Positions 29,998 to 39,803 of a stretch of DNA of 64,000 nt are shown here, piece after piece. The notes under the pieces were generated by a model. That model was not told the DNA's origin and did not search any database. It was given only the letters and a program-made list of their open reading frames with translations. Within the stretch, counting starts at the first letter, position 1. Every line of letters begins with the position of its first letter. Origin of the DNA: Cytophagales bacterium (GTDB lineage Bacteria > Bacteroidota > Bacteroidia > Cytophagales > Spirosomataceae); NCBI GenBank assembly GCA_038204185.1, contig JBBRDE010000001.1, positions 7,354-71,353 on the forward strand, written 5' to 3'. The position numbers and the translations under genes are program-made.

Positions 29998-30031
29998 TTC
30001 AGGGGACAGTTGACAATGGAGAGTGTGTTTG

Positions 30032-30667
30032 TTAAACTTCGTTCCTTTCCTTAGCTTCCTTTCCTTTTTCTAAAAAGTACCGGTGGAGTTTCAGTATTTG
30101 CGGAATTAAAGCATTTTCCTGATCATTCTCAACCACAAAATCCGCCAATTTTAGGCGTTCTTCATCTGCAATTTGACGGGCTATGATCGCGCGGATTTCG
30201 GCTTCGGAGCGGTGCGGGTCACGGAGTTTGGTCCGTTCTACCCGCAGATCCAACGGAGCATCGACCACAATGACATAATCCAGCGAATTTTTATCACCCG
30301 CTTTATTCATTAAGGCTGCTTCACGAATCACGTAAGGCTGGTGCGCCTGCTTTTGAAGCCAACGCTCGCTATCGGCAAAAACCTTTGGATGAATGATCTG
30401 ATTGAGCTGTTGCAAAAGTACAGGTTCAGAAAATACGCGCGAGGCCACGTATTTGCGGTTGTAGGTACCTCCGCTCGTGTAAGAATCCGGGCCGAGCATT
30501 GCAAGTACCTCCTGGCGAATGGCCGGGTCGTGATCCGAGAGCCAGTTGGCGCGTTGATCAGCGGCATAAACCGGAACGCTCAGGCACTCGAATATCTGAC
30601 ATACTACGCTCTTACCTGCGCCAATTCCGCCCGTGACGCCTACCTGTATGGGAAGTGAACGTACCAT
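30032..30667 (-). CDS. coaE: dephospho-CoA kinase
   Basis: 211 aa with P-loop VGVTGGIGAGKS. Length and pattern match CoaE. Confidence 0.9.
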   Translation of the reverse strand: MVRSLPIQVGVTGGIGAGKSVVCQIFECLSVPVYAADQRANWLSDHDPAIRQEVLAMLGPDSYTSGGTYNRKYVASRVFSEPVLLQQLNQIIHPKVFADSERWLQKQAHQPYVIREAALMNKAGDKNSLDYVIVVDAPLDLRVERTKLRDPHRSEAEIRAIIARQIADEERLKLADFVVENDQENALIPQILKLHRYFLEKGKEAKERNEV

Positions 30668-30673
30668 ACTCCC

Positions 30674-31372
30674 CTACTGAACTGTGGGGATAGGCCTGAG
30701 CAGCCGGGCTACCTCGAAGCTCACGAAAACCGACGAATGACTGGCTTCCACCAAACGCAGGTTCGGGAGACCCAATGGCACTATTTCGTCGTAGTTGTTT
30801 TGAATCTTTCGGGTAGGAACGTGAAGGTGAATAGTATCAGGGTACTGGCTGAGTAGTGAAGCGGGCCCTTCTATGGAAATTAGGGAGGGAGAGAGATTGA
30901 TCAAACTGGAAATAACGAATCCTGGTCGTAAATCAATTGCCAGGCTATCGATCCGAACGGGTATGATCCGGGTAATTTTTCGCTCAAAGCCCAGTTCGAA
31001 GGTATCCGATACCACATAATTTACTTTTACATCAGGAAAGCGCTCGGCGATTTGGGCCGTGAGGGAAGTTGAATTGATGGTATTGGCGCGCAAGGGATTG
31101 GCAATCGAGTACTCCACGGGACGTTCGGCGAAAGTCAGCCACGATTTGCGAAGCAAATTCCAGCCATCACCCGATACGTTGACCGAAACGGTACTTGGCA
31201 GCGGATGCACAGGTACATACAGACTTTCGTTGTAATTGAAGTGAATGGGATAATCCAACCGCAGGGAATAGTTATCCTGATTCAGAGCCGTCATCAGCCA
31301 GAAAAAGGAAGCTGCCAGTAAGCAACCTGCATACGCTTTAATTTTGCTTTTTCGGGAAGAATTCGTACTCAC
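30674..31372 (-). CDS. YbbR-like domain protein
   Basis: 232 aa. An N-terminal TM anchor is followed by repeated beta-rich YbbR-like segments. It occupies the conserved position between yajC and coaE. Confidence 0.5.
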   Translation of the reverse strand: MSTNSSRKSKIKAYAGCLLAASFFWLMTALNQDNYSLRLDYPIHFNYNESLYVPVHPLPSTVSVNVSGDGWNLLRKSWLTFAERPVEYSIANPLRANTINSTSLTAQIAERFPDVKVNYVVSDTFELGFERKITRIIPVRIDSLAIDLRPGFVISSLINLSPSLISIEGPASLLSQYPDTIHLHVPTRKIQNNYDEIVPLGLPNLRLVEASHSSVFVSFEVARLLRPIPTVQ

Positions 31373-31388
31373 CTTTAATTTTAAATTA

Positions 31389-31463
31389 TAGAATGATAGA
31401 ATTGGTGAATGATAGAATGAAAAAATAGAGCCTATTCTATCATTCTAACATTCTATCATTCAC
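31389..31463. repeat. TCATTC-type repeat hairpin with duplicated arms, between yajC and the YbbR-like gene
   Basis: gaatgatagaat occurs at 31391-31402 and 31407-31418. Its complement attctatcattc occurs at 31434-31445 and 31450-31461. Confidence 0.9.
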
Positions 31464-31465
31464 AA

Positions 31466-31765
31466 TTATTTGACAGTTCGGCTGACGGCTGATTTGTCGA
31501 AGGTGAGTTTTACGCCTTTGTCCAAATCCAGCGTTACCGTGGTTTCATCTACCAGGTACACTTTTCCATGCATACCGCCTATGGTAACTACTTCATCACC
31601 CTTCTTGATGCCCGCAAGCAGTTCTTTCTGCTCCTTGGCTTTCTTTTGTTGGGGACGGATCATAAAAAAATAGAAAACCCCGATAATGCCGACCCACATG
31701 ACAACCTGATAAATCATGGCTTGAGAACCGCCGGCTGCAGCCTGGGCAAGAATGGATAGTAACAT
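31466..31765 (-). CDS. yajC: preprotein translocase subunit YajC
   Basis: 99 aa. A single TM is followed by FFMIRPQQKKAKEQKE…KGDEVVTIGGMHGKV, the canonical YajC pattern. Confidence 0.85.
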   Translation of the reverse strand: MLLSILAQAAAGGSQAMIYQVVMWVGIIGVFYFFMIRPQQKKAKEQKELLAGIKKGDEVVTIGGMHGKVYLVDETTVTLDLDKGVKLTFDKSAVSRTVK

Positions 31766-31870
31766 GTTTTAAGTTGTGAGTTTTAAGTTGAAAATTGAAA
31801 ATTAGGAGGGCTAGCTTGTGCAAGGCAACGAACCCTGGAAGTTGGAAAAATCAAATGGTAATTTTCAGCA

Positions 31871-32320
31871 TTAATTACTCAGAGTATCCGTCGCCTCGGC
31901 TACGATGCCCTGCAGGCGCAGTTCCGAGTAGGCGGGTTCTGTATTGGCGTACACCGTAATCGTTTTTACCTGTTGCCCGGGCTTACCCTTGCTGTTGAAG
32001 CGAACCTTGATCGCCGATTCTGTATTTGGGGCAATGGGTTCACGCGGCCATTCGGGAATCGTACAGCCGCACGAAGCCGTAACGTTATTGATGATCAGGG
32101 GAAATTGCCCACCGTTCTTGAACCGAAAGGCATGTTCTACAATATCACCCTCCTTGATTTCACCAAATTGGTAGACCGTACTGTCCAGCATCGCCATCAC
32201 CGGAATTTTCTCCTGCAATTCGCTCGTACTGCTTTTCTTATTTTTATCATCACAGGCGTACAACAACAGGGTCCCCAGAGCCATCAGCAGCATCAGGGTT
32301 TTTACAGGCATATTTTTCAT
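31871..32320 (-). CDS. DUF1573 domain protein (exported)
   Basis: 149 aa with a lipoprotein-like signal (LLYAC). It has the DUF1573 core FRFKNGGQFPLIINNVTASCGCTIPEW. Confidence 0.75.
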   Translation of the reverse strand: MKNMPVKTLMLLMALGTLLLYACDDKNKKSSTSELQEKIPVMAMLDSTVYQFGEIKEGDIVEHAFRFKNGGQFPLIINNVTASCGCTIPEWPREPIAPNTESAIKVRFNSKGKPGQQVKTITVYANTEPAYSELRLQGIVAEATDTLSN

Positions 32321-32352
32321 AATGGACGCTATTAACTAACTACCAGGGTACC

Positions 32353-32655
32353 TCAGTTACTTTGACTCTTTATTTGGGCCATCAGCCGATCTACATCTTC
32401 CAGCAGCCTTTCGGCTTTCTCACGGGCGTCGTTCACTACTTTCTCACCTTCAGCTTTGGCCATGCTTTCGGGAAAATTCTTGCCTTCCATCAAATCTACA
32501 ATCAGTTTTTCCAGTTGCTCGCGGTATTTCGAGAGCCGGAAAGTCAGGCGGTCGCGGGTGATTTCTCCTTTTTGGGGCGCATACAGGACTCCCAGAAAAA
32601 GGCCAGAAGCACATCCGGTCAAAAAGGCTAACAGCGCATTAGTTGTTTTGCTCAT
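32353..32655 (-). CDS. YtxH domain protein
   Basis: 100 aa. An N-terminal hydrophobic helix (ALLAFLTGCASGLFLGVLYAPQKG) is followed by a charged coiled region. Confidence 0.7.
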   Translation of the reverse strand: MSKTTNALLAFLTGCASGLFLGVLYAPQKGEITRDRLTFRLSKYREQLEKLIVDLMEGKNFPESMAKAEGEKVVNDAREKAERLLEDVDRLMAQIKSQSN

Positions 32656-32692
32656 GACTTAATAGATTCTATAATTGGAGTGGTACTTGGGA

Positions 32693-33868
32693 TTATTTGT
32701 TATCGATCAGTCCCCGGCCACTTTTTCGAATAACACCCTCCCGTGTGAGTTTTTCGGTCAGTCGATCCAGGTTCCCATTCACAAATTTACCACTTTTAAG
32801 GGTACTATACCGCTTCGCGATTTCAATAAATTCATTTATCGTCACTTTTACGGGTATCGAAGGAAAATGGATCAACTCGGCCAGCGCGGCTTTCATGATG
32901 ATCATGTCCAGCAGGGCGATGCGTTCAGGATCCCAATTTTTGAGTTGTTCGCTGAGGTATCCTTCGTACTGGGCATCGTTTTCGATGGCTTTTTTAAACA
33001 ACTCTTCAACAAAAAAACGATCTTCATCCCAATCGTCAGTCAATTCCGAAAGTTGTATTTTTCCGATATCTGCCGACTTTATGGTTTTGATGGCCATACT
33101 GCGGATAATCTCGAAATGCTCTTCCCAGTACATATCCTGCTGCTCGAAGTATTCGACCGGAATTTCGTGCTTCAATACAATATTGCGCAATACGTGCTGC
33201 ACCATCGCCTGGTCTTCCACTACCGTATGTTCTTTTTTACGACAGTATGCAATATACTCAGGATCAACCCGTAACGCTTCCCGGTAGGTTTTGCGTACCA
33301 CCGCCATATCGTTCGACCAGGAAATGCCTTTACGAATTACGTCGATCTCAAATGGCTCGTGTGCTTTCAGCATGAGCACCACGGCATTGCTATCAAATCC
33401 CGACTGCGTAGGAAACACGGCATCGGCGTCATCGGGCACCGCGCGGAATACGCGCTCTCGATCCAACTGAGCCTGATGCGCCAATTCAAGCAGGAGTGAC
33501 AAGACCCGCAAAAAATCGTCATAAATGCCTTCGGTTTCATTCAAAACCCGGTTTAGGATGGCGTTACGGTCTTTTTGATTCTGTTTTTTATAGGTATCGT
33601 AGGCTTGCCGGGCTGTTTGGAGCGCCTCGGCGGGTATATCTTCATCAGAATTTAACTCCCCCTTTTTGATCAGATCGTCGAGGCTCAGCAGGGCTAGCCG
33701 CTTCAACCCTTCTAACCGCTCATGATTCTGGGGGAGCATGGAATTGAGGTCGGGGAGGTAGGTCTCGGCTATTTCGTCATTGGCCAGCAGTCGATTGGCC
33801 TCGGCGGCAATTTTGCTGGCGTAGAGGGCCTGTACAGTCTTGGAACGTAATAATCGTCGGTTCAGCAT
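32693..33868 (-). CDS. nusB: transcription antitermination factor NusB (long Bacteroidota form)
   Basis: The start is placed at MLNRRLLRSKTVQALYA (ATG 33868). The C-terminal NusB fold includes …PVKVTINEFIEIAKRYS…. Confidence 0.8.
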   Translation of the reverse strand: MLNRRLLRSKTVQALYASKIAAEANRLLANDEIAETYLPDLNSMLPQNHERLEGLKRLALLSLDDLIKKGELNSDEDIPAEALQTARQAYDTYKKQNQKDRNAILNRVLNETEGIYDDFLRVLSLLLELAHQAQLDRERVFRAVPDDADAVFPTQSGFDSNAVVLMLKAHEPFEIDVIRKGISWSNDMAVVRKTYREALRVDPEYIAYCRKKEHTVVEDQAMVQHVLRNIVLKHEIPVEYFEQQDMYWEEHFEIIRSMAIKTIKSADIGKIQLSELTDDWDEDRFFVEELFKKAIENDAQYEGYLSEQLKNWDPERIALLDMIIMKAALAELIHFPSIPVKVTINEFIEIAKRYSTLKSGKFVNGNLDRLTEKLTREGVIRKSGRGLIDNK

Positions 33869-34062
33869 ATCGGAGTTGATGAGTCTGTGAGTAATGAGAC
33901 TATGAGTTTTTCGCGGCGGCTTTCGCAACTTATCGACTCATAAACCCATTAACTTCTGGACTCTTTTTCGGCTGCAAAATTAGATTTTTTTGTTAACAAT
34001 CGGAAAGAAACCCCCGAATGAGTCGGGATTTCCTGCAACGTTTTGCCCTACCTTCGTGTTAG

Positions 34063-35889
34063 GTGTCAAGCACAGTCCTACGTTTCTCCAATTCAACCCT
34101 TCACGTGAAAGCACTCGCGTACCTCAACAAATATTTGATTAAGTATAAGTGGTACCTTATCCTGGGTACCCTTTTCACGATCATATCCAATCTTTTTGGT
34201 ATTATCCCCGCGCAGCTGGTCCGGTACGCGCTGGATTTGGTGGGTGAAACGCTTGATATATACTACCTATTCGATGGATCGGCCATTCAGGCCGATATGT
34301 ACGATGTCTTTACCAACACCATTTTACTCTATGGGCTGTTGATTCTGGCGATGGCTTTGCTGAAAGGTTTTTTCCTGTTTTTGGTACGTCAAACCATCAT
34401 AGTAATGTCGCGGCACATCGAGTACGATCTCAAAAACGACGTGTACGAACACTATCAGACGCTGCCTATGAGTTTTTACCGGCAACATAACACCGGTGAT
34501 TTGATGGCCCGGATTTCGGAGGACGTGAGCAAGGTACGGATGTACGTTGGTCCCGCGCTCATGTATGGTATCAACCTAATCGTGCTGTTCATTCTGGTCA
34601 TATCGTACATGGTGTCGGTCAACGCGAAGCTGACTTTTTACGTACTGCTGCCTTTGCCGCTGCTTTCGGTCAGTATCTACGTCGTCAATAGTATGATCAT
34701 TCGCCGTTCGGAGGAAATTCAGCGGCAATTATCCACCATGTCTACCTACGTGCAGGAAGCATTTTCGGGTATTAGGGTTATAAAAGCCTTCGTACAGGAA
34801 AAATATTCCTTCCTGAATTTTCAAAAAGAAACAGAAGATTTTAAAGAGAAATCCCTGAATCTGACCAAAATAGATGCGCTCTTTTTCCCACTCATTATGC
34901 TATTGGTGGGATTGAGTAATGTGCTGGTCATCTATGTTGGCGGCCAGGAAATAATCAACGGCAACCTCACGCCGGGCAATATCACGGAGTTCATTCTCTA
35001 CGTAAATATGCTCACCTGGCCCGTGATGGCCCTAGGCTGGACGACGAGCCAAATTCAGCGGGCAGCGGCTTCACAGGTGCGGATCAACGAGTATCTGGAA
35101 CAAAAAACAACCATTACGTCAGAGAAAAAACTAAAACCCGTCATTGAGGGGGGCTTGCGTTTCGACAACGTAGGATTTCTGTATCCTGATTCGGGAATTC
35201 GGGCCATCCAGCAGTTTAATCTCAATGTAAAACCCGGTGAAAGCATTGCTATACTAGGTACCACAGGTTCGGGCAAAAGTACCCTGGCCAACCTGATTTG
35301 CCGCTTGTACGATCCCACGGAAGGTACCCTCTATCTGGACGGGATTCCGTTGAAGGAGTACGATGTGCAGTACCTCCGTAAACAAATGGGCTATGTACCA
35401 CAGGATGTGTTTCTCTTTTCAGATTCGATTGCCAACAATGTACAGTTCGGTACCGATGGCCTACCTCAGGCCAAGATCGAGCAGGCTGTGAAGGATGCCG
35501 ATTTACTCGCCAACATCGAAGAATTCCCTCAGGGCTTCAATACGCGGCTGGGCGAACGGGGCGTCACGCTCTCGGGCGGGCAAAAACAACGTTTGTCCAT
35601 CGCCCGCGCTATTGCCCGCGACCCTAAGATTCTGATTCTGGACGATTGCCTGTCGGCGGTGGATACCAATACCGAGAATATTATCCTGAACAATCTCAAA
35701 CGGATCATGCAGGATCGTACTTCGATTATTATTTCCCACCGCGTGTCCTCGGCCAAACTTGCCGACCGCATCGTGATGCTGGACGATGGGCACATTATAG
35801 AAATAGGTACCCACGAGGAGTTGATGGAAAAAGAGGGTGCTTACAAGGAACTATACGAGAAGCAGTTGGTGGTGGAAGAGGAAATTTAA
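34063..35889 (+). CDS. ABC exporter, fused permease/ATPase (MsbA-like)
   Basis: 608 aa. A six-TM domain is followed by Walker A GTTGSGKST, the signature LSGGQKQR and Walker B ILILDD. An alternative GTG start lies at 34105. Confidence 0.9.
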   Translation: MSSTVLRFSNSTLHVKALAYLNKYLIKYKWYLILGTLFTIISNLFGIIPAQLVRYALDLVGETLDIYYLFDGSAIQADMYDVFTNTILLYGLLILAMALLKGFFLFLVRQTIIVMSRHIEYDLKNDVYEHYQTLPMSFYRQHNTGDLMARISEDVSKVRMYVGPALMYGINLIVLFILVISYMVSVNAKLTFYVLLPLPLLSVSIYVVNSMIIRRSEEIQRQLSTMSTYVQEAFSGIRVIKAFVQEKYSFLNFQKETEDFKEKSLNLTKIDALFFPLIMLLVGLSNVLVIYVGGQEIINGNLTPGNITEFILYVNMLTWPVMALGWTTSQIQRAAASQVRINEYLEQKTTITSEKKLKPVIEGGLRFDNVGFLYPDSGIRAIQQFNLNVKPGESIAILGTTGSGKSTLANLICRLYDPTEGTLYLDGIPLKEYDVQYLRKQMGYVPQDVFLFSDSIANNVQFGTDGLPQAKIEQAVKDADLLANIEEFPQGFNTRLGERGVTLSGGQKQRLSIARAIARDPKILILDDCLSAVDTNTENIILNNLKRIMQDRTSIIISHRVSSAKLADRIVMLDDGHIIEIGTHEELMEKEGAYKELYEKQLVVEEEI

Positions 35890-36063
35890 AAGAAGTGATA
35901 TTCCGAATTATAGATACTAGATTTACTGAGGCAGCTATTGAACTCATTTGAATATAGTTTTCAACCTCACCATAACGACGTCCCCCCGACCCTTCTCCGT
36001 ATCGACGGCCCGGCTACCAGAAGAAGGGCTTTTTTATTATTGGAAGTTGGTTGAGTTAGCTTC

Positions 36064-37236
36064 TTACTCAACTACTATTCTCTCCATTTCTTTCAAGAAA
36101 TTTTCCTCCATATCAGCCCCGTGGCCGGAAGTATCGGGTAGGTCGAGGTGGTAGTGGTTGCGGTAGATAGCCCCGCCAATCACCGGATCGTTAGCGTGCT
36201 CAAAGGGTGAATCCAGATCGTAGAATACAATGTTGGTCCGGGCCGAGGCCAGGTGCGCGTTGGCCGTGATGCCCAACCTACTCTCCGACATGCAGCCGAT
36301 CATACAGGGTACCCCTGCCGCCTCCGCAATGGCGTTGATTTTGAGCGCAGTATGGATACCCCCGCTTTTGGAAAGCTTGATGTTAAAATAATCCACTGCC
36401 TGCTGCCGAACCAGTTGCAGCGCGTCGATGTGCGTAAACAAAGATTCATCGGCACAAATGGGAATGGGCGAGTTGGCCCGCACCCGCGCCAGATTCTCAA
36501 AATCCCAGTGCTTCACGGGTTGCTCGCAGTACTGCACGTCGTATTTTTCTATGGATTTAAGAACCTTAATGGCAGACACGTAATCCCAACCCTGATTGGC
36601 ATCCACGCGCAGTGGCAGGCCCTCCCCAATGGCGTCGCGGATGGCCTGGATTCGGAGTATATCGTCTTCAGGTACCTTGCCGAGCTTTACTTTAATCGCT
36701 TCCACCCCCCGGCCTTTGATGGCGAGGGCGTCTTCGGCCATCGCTTCGGGAGTACCTATATAAATCGTTTCATCAGTGGTAATTGTCTTTTTGCCGCCGC
36801 CCAGAAACTGGTAAAGGGGCATTCCGGCGTATTTGGCAGCGGCATCGTACAGCGCCATATCGAACGTACTTTTGCAGGTATAGTTACGAGTCAGGTACTG
36901 ATCCAGAATGCGGAGATTGCCCTCGATATCCTGCACGTACTTTCCGATGAGCAGGCGCGCAAAATCGCGGGCCGTTGCCAGGCAGGAATCCTGGGTTTCG
37001 CCCACGATCATCCAGAATGGCGCGCCTTCGCCCAGGCCGTAGGTACCGTCGTCGGTGATGATTTTCACCAGCATGTTCCGTGCCTCCGTGATGGTACCGA
37101 TGGCGATGGTGACGGGTGCTTTCAGCGGAATGTTGAGACGATAAATTTCTATACGGATAATTTTTCCTTTCACTGCTTCGGGAGGTTTCGTGGCTAAAAG
37201 GCGCAATGGCTGCGTTGCGCTTTTGTATCGCTTCAA
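36064..37236 (-). CDS. dipeptide epimerase (L-Ala-D/L-Glu epimerase-like), enolase superfamily
   Basis: 390 aa. MR/MLE-subgroup metal and acid-base residues appear in order (KVKLG, VDANQGW, EQP, ADES). Confidence 0.8.
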   Translation of the reverse strand: MKRYKSATQPLRLLATKPPEAVKGKIIRIEIYRLNIPLKAPVTIAIGTITEARNMLVKIITDDGTYGLGEGAPFWMIVGETQDSCLATARDFARLLIGKYVQDIEGNLRILDQYLTRNYTCKSTFDMALYDAAAKYAGMPLYQFLGGGKKTITTDETIYIGTPEAMAEDALAIKGRGVEAIKVKLGKVPEDDILRIQAIRDAIGEGLPLRVDANQGWDYVSAIKVLKSIEKYDVQYCEQPVKHWDFENLARVRANSPIPICADESLFTHIDALQLVRQQAVDYFNIKLSKSGGIHTALKINAIAEAAGVPCMIGCMSESRLGITANAHLASARTNIVFYDLDSPFEHANDPVIGGAIYRNHYHLDLPDTSGHGADMEENFLKEMERIVVE

Positions 37237-37455
37237 GTTTAATTAAAGTAGAAAGTACTTCCCGGATTCGGCATCCAGGAGTATCGACAAAACTACACGA
37301 GAATTATTACTTTGCCATCGTTCATCCTTGTCTCATTAAGGGGTAGGTCGACCGAAAATGCGGGCAAAAAACCACATAAGAATATGATTCCGGGAGGAAG
37401 TACCTTATTTTTGGGGTCTAGCTATGAAAACACATGGCCTATCAACTACTGAACG

Positions 37456-38178
37456 ATGCCCGATTCTGCTTCAAATTCCCCCTCTACCCTATTTCTGATC
37501 CCAACCGTGGTGGCCGAAGGTACCGCGCAACAGGTACTTAGCCCGCAGATAGCGGAAGTCATCAGTACCCTGGATTATTTTTTTGCCGAGGAACTTCGCA
37601 CGGCCCGGCGCTTTGTGAGCGGCCTGCGGCTAGGCCGGGTCATCGAGGACATAACTTTCCACGAATTGAACAAAAAAACACCCGAAGCCGAAACCGCCTC
37701 CCAACTCCGCGCCCTGCCCGCCGGAAAAAATATAGGGGTACTATCTGAAGCGGGTTGTCCCGGAGTGGCCGACCCCGGCGCGGTGGCGGTACGGCTGGCG
37801 CACCGATTTGGTATGAAGGTGGTACCCTTAGTGGGGCCGTCCTCTATTCTACTGGCCCTTATGGCGTCGGGATTGAATGGACAATCGTTCGCTTTTCACG
37901 GGTACCTGCCCATCGACCAGGCTCCCCGCCGGAAGGCAATCGTGTTTTTGGAAAAAGAAGTACAGGAACTGAACCAAACCCAGATTTTTATGGAAACGCC
38001 ATTCCGTAACAATCACATGATGCAAACCATCCTCGAAGCCTGCCAGCCCGATACGATGCTTTGCGTGGCCAGTAACCTCACCGCCCCTGATGAGTACATC
38101 AAAACGCAAAGCATCCGGCATTGGAAAGCCCAGAAGATCGACTTGCACAAACAACCTACCATTTTTTTGTTGGGTTGA
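37456..38178 (+). CDS. SAM-dependent methyltransferase, tetrapyrrole-methylase (RsmI-like) fold
   Basis: 240 aa. It has the pattern LFLIPT…LSEAGCPGVADPG…PLVGPSS, typical of the TP_methylase family. Confidence 0.75.
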   Translation: MPDSASNSPSTLFLIPTVVAEGTAQQVLSPQIAEVISTLDYFFAEELRTARRFVSGLRLGRVIEDITFHELNKKTPEAETASQLRALPAGKNIGVLSEAGCPGVADPGAVAVRLAHRFGMKVVPLVGPSSILLALMASGLNGQSFAFHGYLPIDQAPRRKAIVFLEKEVQELNQTQIFMETPFRNNHMMQTILEACQPDTMLCVASNLTAPDEYIKTQSIRHWKAQKIDLHKQPTIFLLG

Positions 38179-38208
38179 TACCTGCTCATCCTTCCATTTC
38201 ACCTTCTG

Positions 38209-38236
38209 AATCCTGCCGAAAGTAGGATTTTTTTTG
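38209..38236 (+). terminator. terminator after the RsmI-like methyltransferase gene
   Basis: aatcct (38209-38214) pairs with aggatt (38224-38229), followed by a T8 run. Confidence 0.6.
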
Positions 38237-38313
38237 CTCTGTGCCTTCCTGACTATCAATTCGTATTTTAATTCTCCACAAAAAAATCATTCAATTCTCC
38301 AACGGATCACACT

Positions 38314-38770
38314 GTGTTCATGTTTCTAAACAAAAAGGTTTCAGGACTGGACCCGAATCGTACGTACAAGGTAACGTATGAGATCGACCTGGGTACCAAC
38401 AATCCTGAGGGAAGTGTGGGAATCGGCGGCTCGCCTGCTGAGTCAGTTTATCTCAAAGCAGGTGCCTCGCCCCATGTATCCATCAGAAATCTGATTGACG
38501 GCTATTACGAGATCATGATTGATAAAGGTCAACAGGCTTCGGGAAGCACCGAAGTGCCCGTGCTGGGCAATGTAAGCAACGGCATAGATAGCACATGTAC
38601 AAGCTGGTAAAACGCGGTCCAATGCCGATGCCCCGGTGATGGTTAAGCCCAATGCCAATGGTGTTATCTGCCTTTGTGTCGGGACGGATTCAGGTTTCGA
38701 GGTGCTTGCCGTGCTCCACTATGATCGGATCAAAGTCACGATCCGCGAATATTTCAGCCCCAGAACATAA
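38314..38770 (+). pseudogene. truncated and frameshifted remnant of a conserved hypothetical gene
   Basis: The protein-like translation switches frame near 38585-38600: frame A ends …NGIDSTCTSW*, and frame B continues …NADAPVMVKPNANGVICLCVGTDSGFEVLAVLHYDRIKVTIREYF*. There is no room for an N-terminal signal or domain upstream. Confidence 0.45.
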
Positions 38771-39030
38771 GCATTTTCCTGATCCGCTAGCCTACCCTCG
38801 GATTTTTTGGGAAATACTTTTTTCAGCGACATTCAGTTTGACCTGCCAACTGTGATTTGTGGTTTATTGAATGTCTTTTTGTGGATTGATGGGGATGCGA
38901 TTACACAAAACCGCGGGGAGAATTTCTCAGGAATGCTGTAAATACTTGCTTATGTGTGCTGGAACACCTATTTGATGGGGTATACTCAAAACCAATTATT
39001 TACACCAACTAATTAAATTCAGTTATTACT

Positions 39031-39660
39031 ATGGAAACGCAAAGAGATTTCAACCAAACTAACAACCCATCCGATCATTCCGGCGAAATGGATAAGCAGA
39101 CAGGTACCATCACAGGCGTATTTCACGACAAAGATGATGCCGAAAAGGCCTATAACAGTTTGTTGAGCCGGGGATATTCCCAGGACGATATTTCGGTACT
39201 AATGTCTGACGAGACCCGCAAGACCAACTACAAAGACACTGACGAGGACGATCGTTCAGAGCTGGGCAACAAGGCCATGGAAGGGGCGGGCGTAGGCTCA
39301 GCCATCGGTGGTACAGCCGGGGCAATCATCGGGGCTATTGCGGCCATCGGTACGGCCATCGCCCTACCCGGACTCGGCCTGGTAATTGCCGGTCCTATCG
39401 CGGCGGGTCTGGCTGGCGCCGGTGCTGGCGGACTAACGGGGGGCATCATAGGTGCCCTGGTGGGTTCTGGCATCCCCGAGGAGCGCGCTGCCATCTACAA
39501 GGAAAGCCTGGAAAATGGCGGGATCGTAGTAGGCGTCAAAGCCCGTAATCAAGAAGAAGGTACTGCCATCTCTAACGAATGGAAGACTTACCGTGGAAGC
39601 AATATCCACACGGGTTGGGAGTCAAATACATGGGCTGATACACGCAACGAGCGTTATTGA
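39031..39660 (+). CDS. glycine-zipper membrane stress protein (YflT/DUF1269-like ends)
   Basis: 209 aa. A central Gly/Ala-zipper segment (GAGVGSAIGGTAGAIIGAIAAIG…GGLTGGIIGALVGSG) is flanked by charged stress-protein-like modules. A strong terminator follows. Confidence 0.55.
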   Translation: METQRDFNQTNNPSDHSGEMDKQTGTITGVFHDKDDAEKAYNSLLSRGYSQDDISVLMSDETRKTNYKDTDEDDRSELGNKAMEGAGVGSAIGGTAGAIIGAIAAIGTAIALPGLGLVIAGPIAAGLAGAGAGGLTGGIIGALVGSGIPEERAAIYKESLENGGIVVGVKARNQEEGTAISNEWKTYRGSNIHTGWESNTWADTRNERY

Positions 39661-39690
39661 TCGTCCATTTCGACCCGAATTAATTTTTAG

Positions 39691-39727
39691 AAAATCCCGT
39701 GTCATAACCGACACGGGATTTTTTGTT
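39691..39727 (+). terminator. rho-independent terminator after the glycine-zipper protein gene
   Basis: A 13-bp stem forms between aaaatcccgtgtc and gacacgggatttt, with a 6-nt loop and a trailing T run. Confidence 0.9.
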
Positions 39728-39803
39728 TTGGATCAATTTGAGCCTGGAATAAATACCTTTCGGGGCAGTTGATTACCTTCGCAGATTAAACACCCTTGGC
39801 GCT

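Noticed and set aside
36253-37197. 314-aa ORF on the plus strand opposite the dipeptide epimerase gene. Similar long antisense ORFs occur at 8983-9648, 4321-4980, 32675-33287, 17375-17964, 28264-28731 and 43677-44222.
   Set aside because: Each lies fully inside a gene on the other strand that has clear family motifs. Their translations are Arg/Gly/His-rich or low-complexity with no recognisable motifs. These are typical shadow ORFs.
38652-38855. 67-aa ORF listed in the track.
   Set aside because: It is in a different frame from the protein-like translation of the same DNA (see the pseudogene at 38314-38770), and its sequence is Cys/Ser/Arg-rich and unconvincing.
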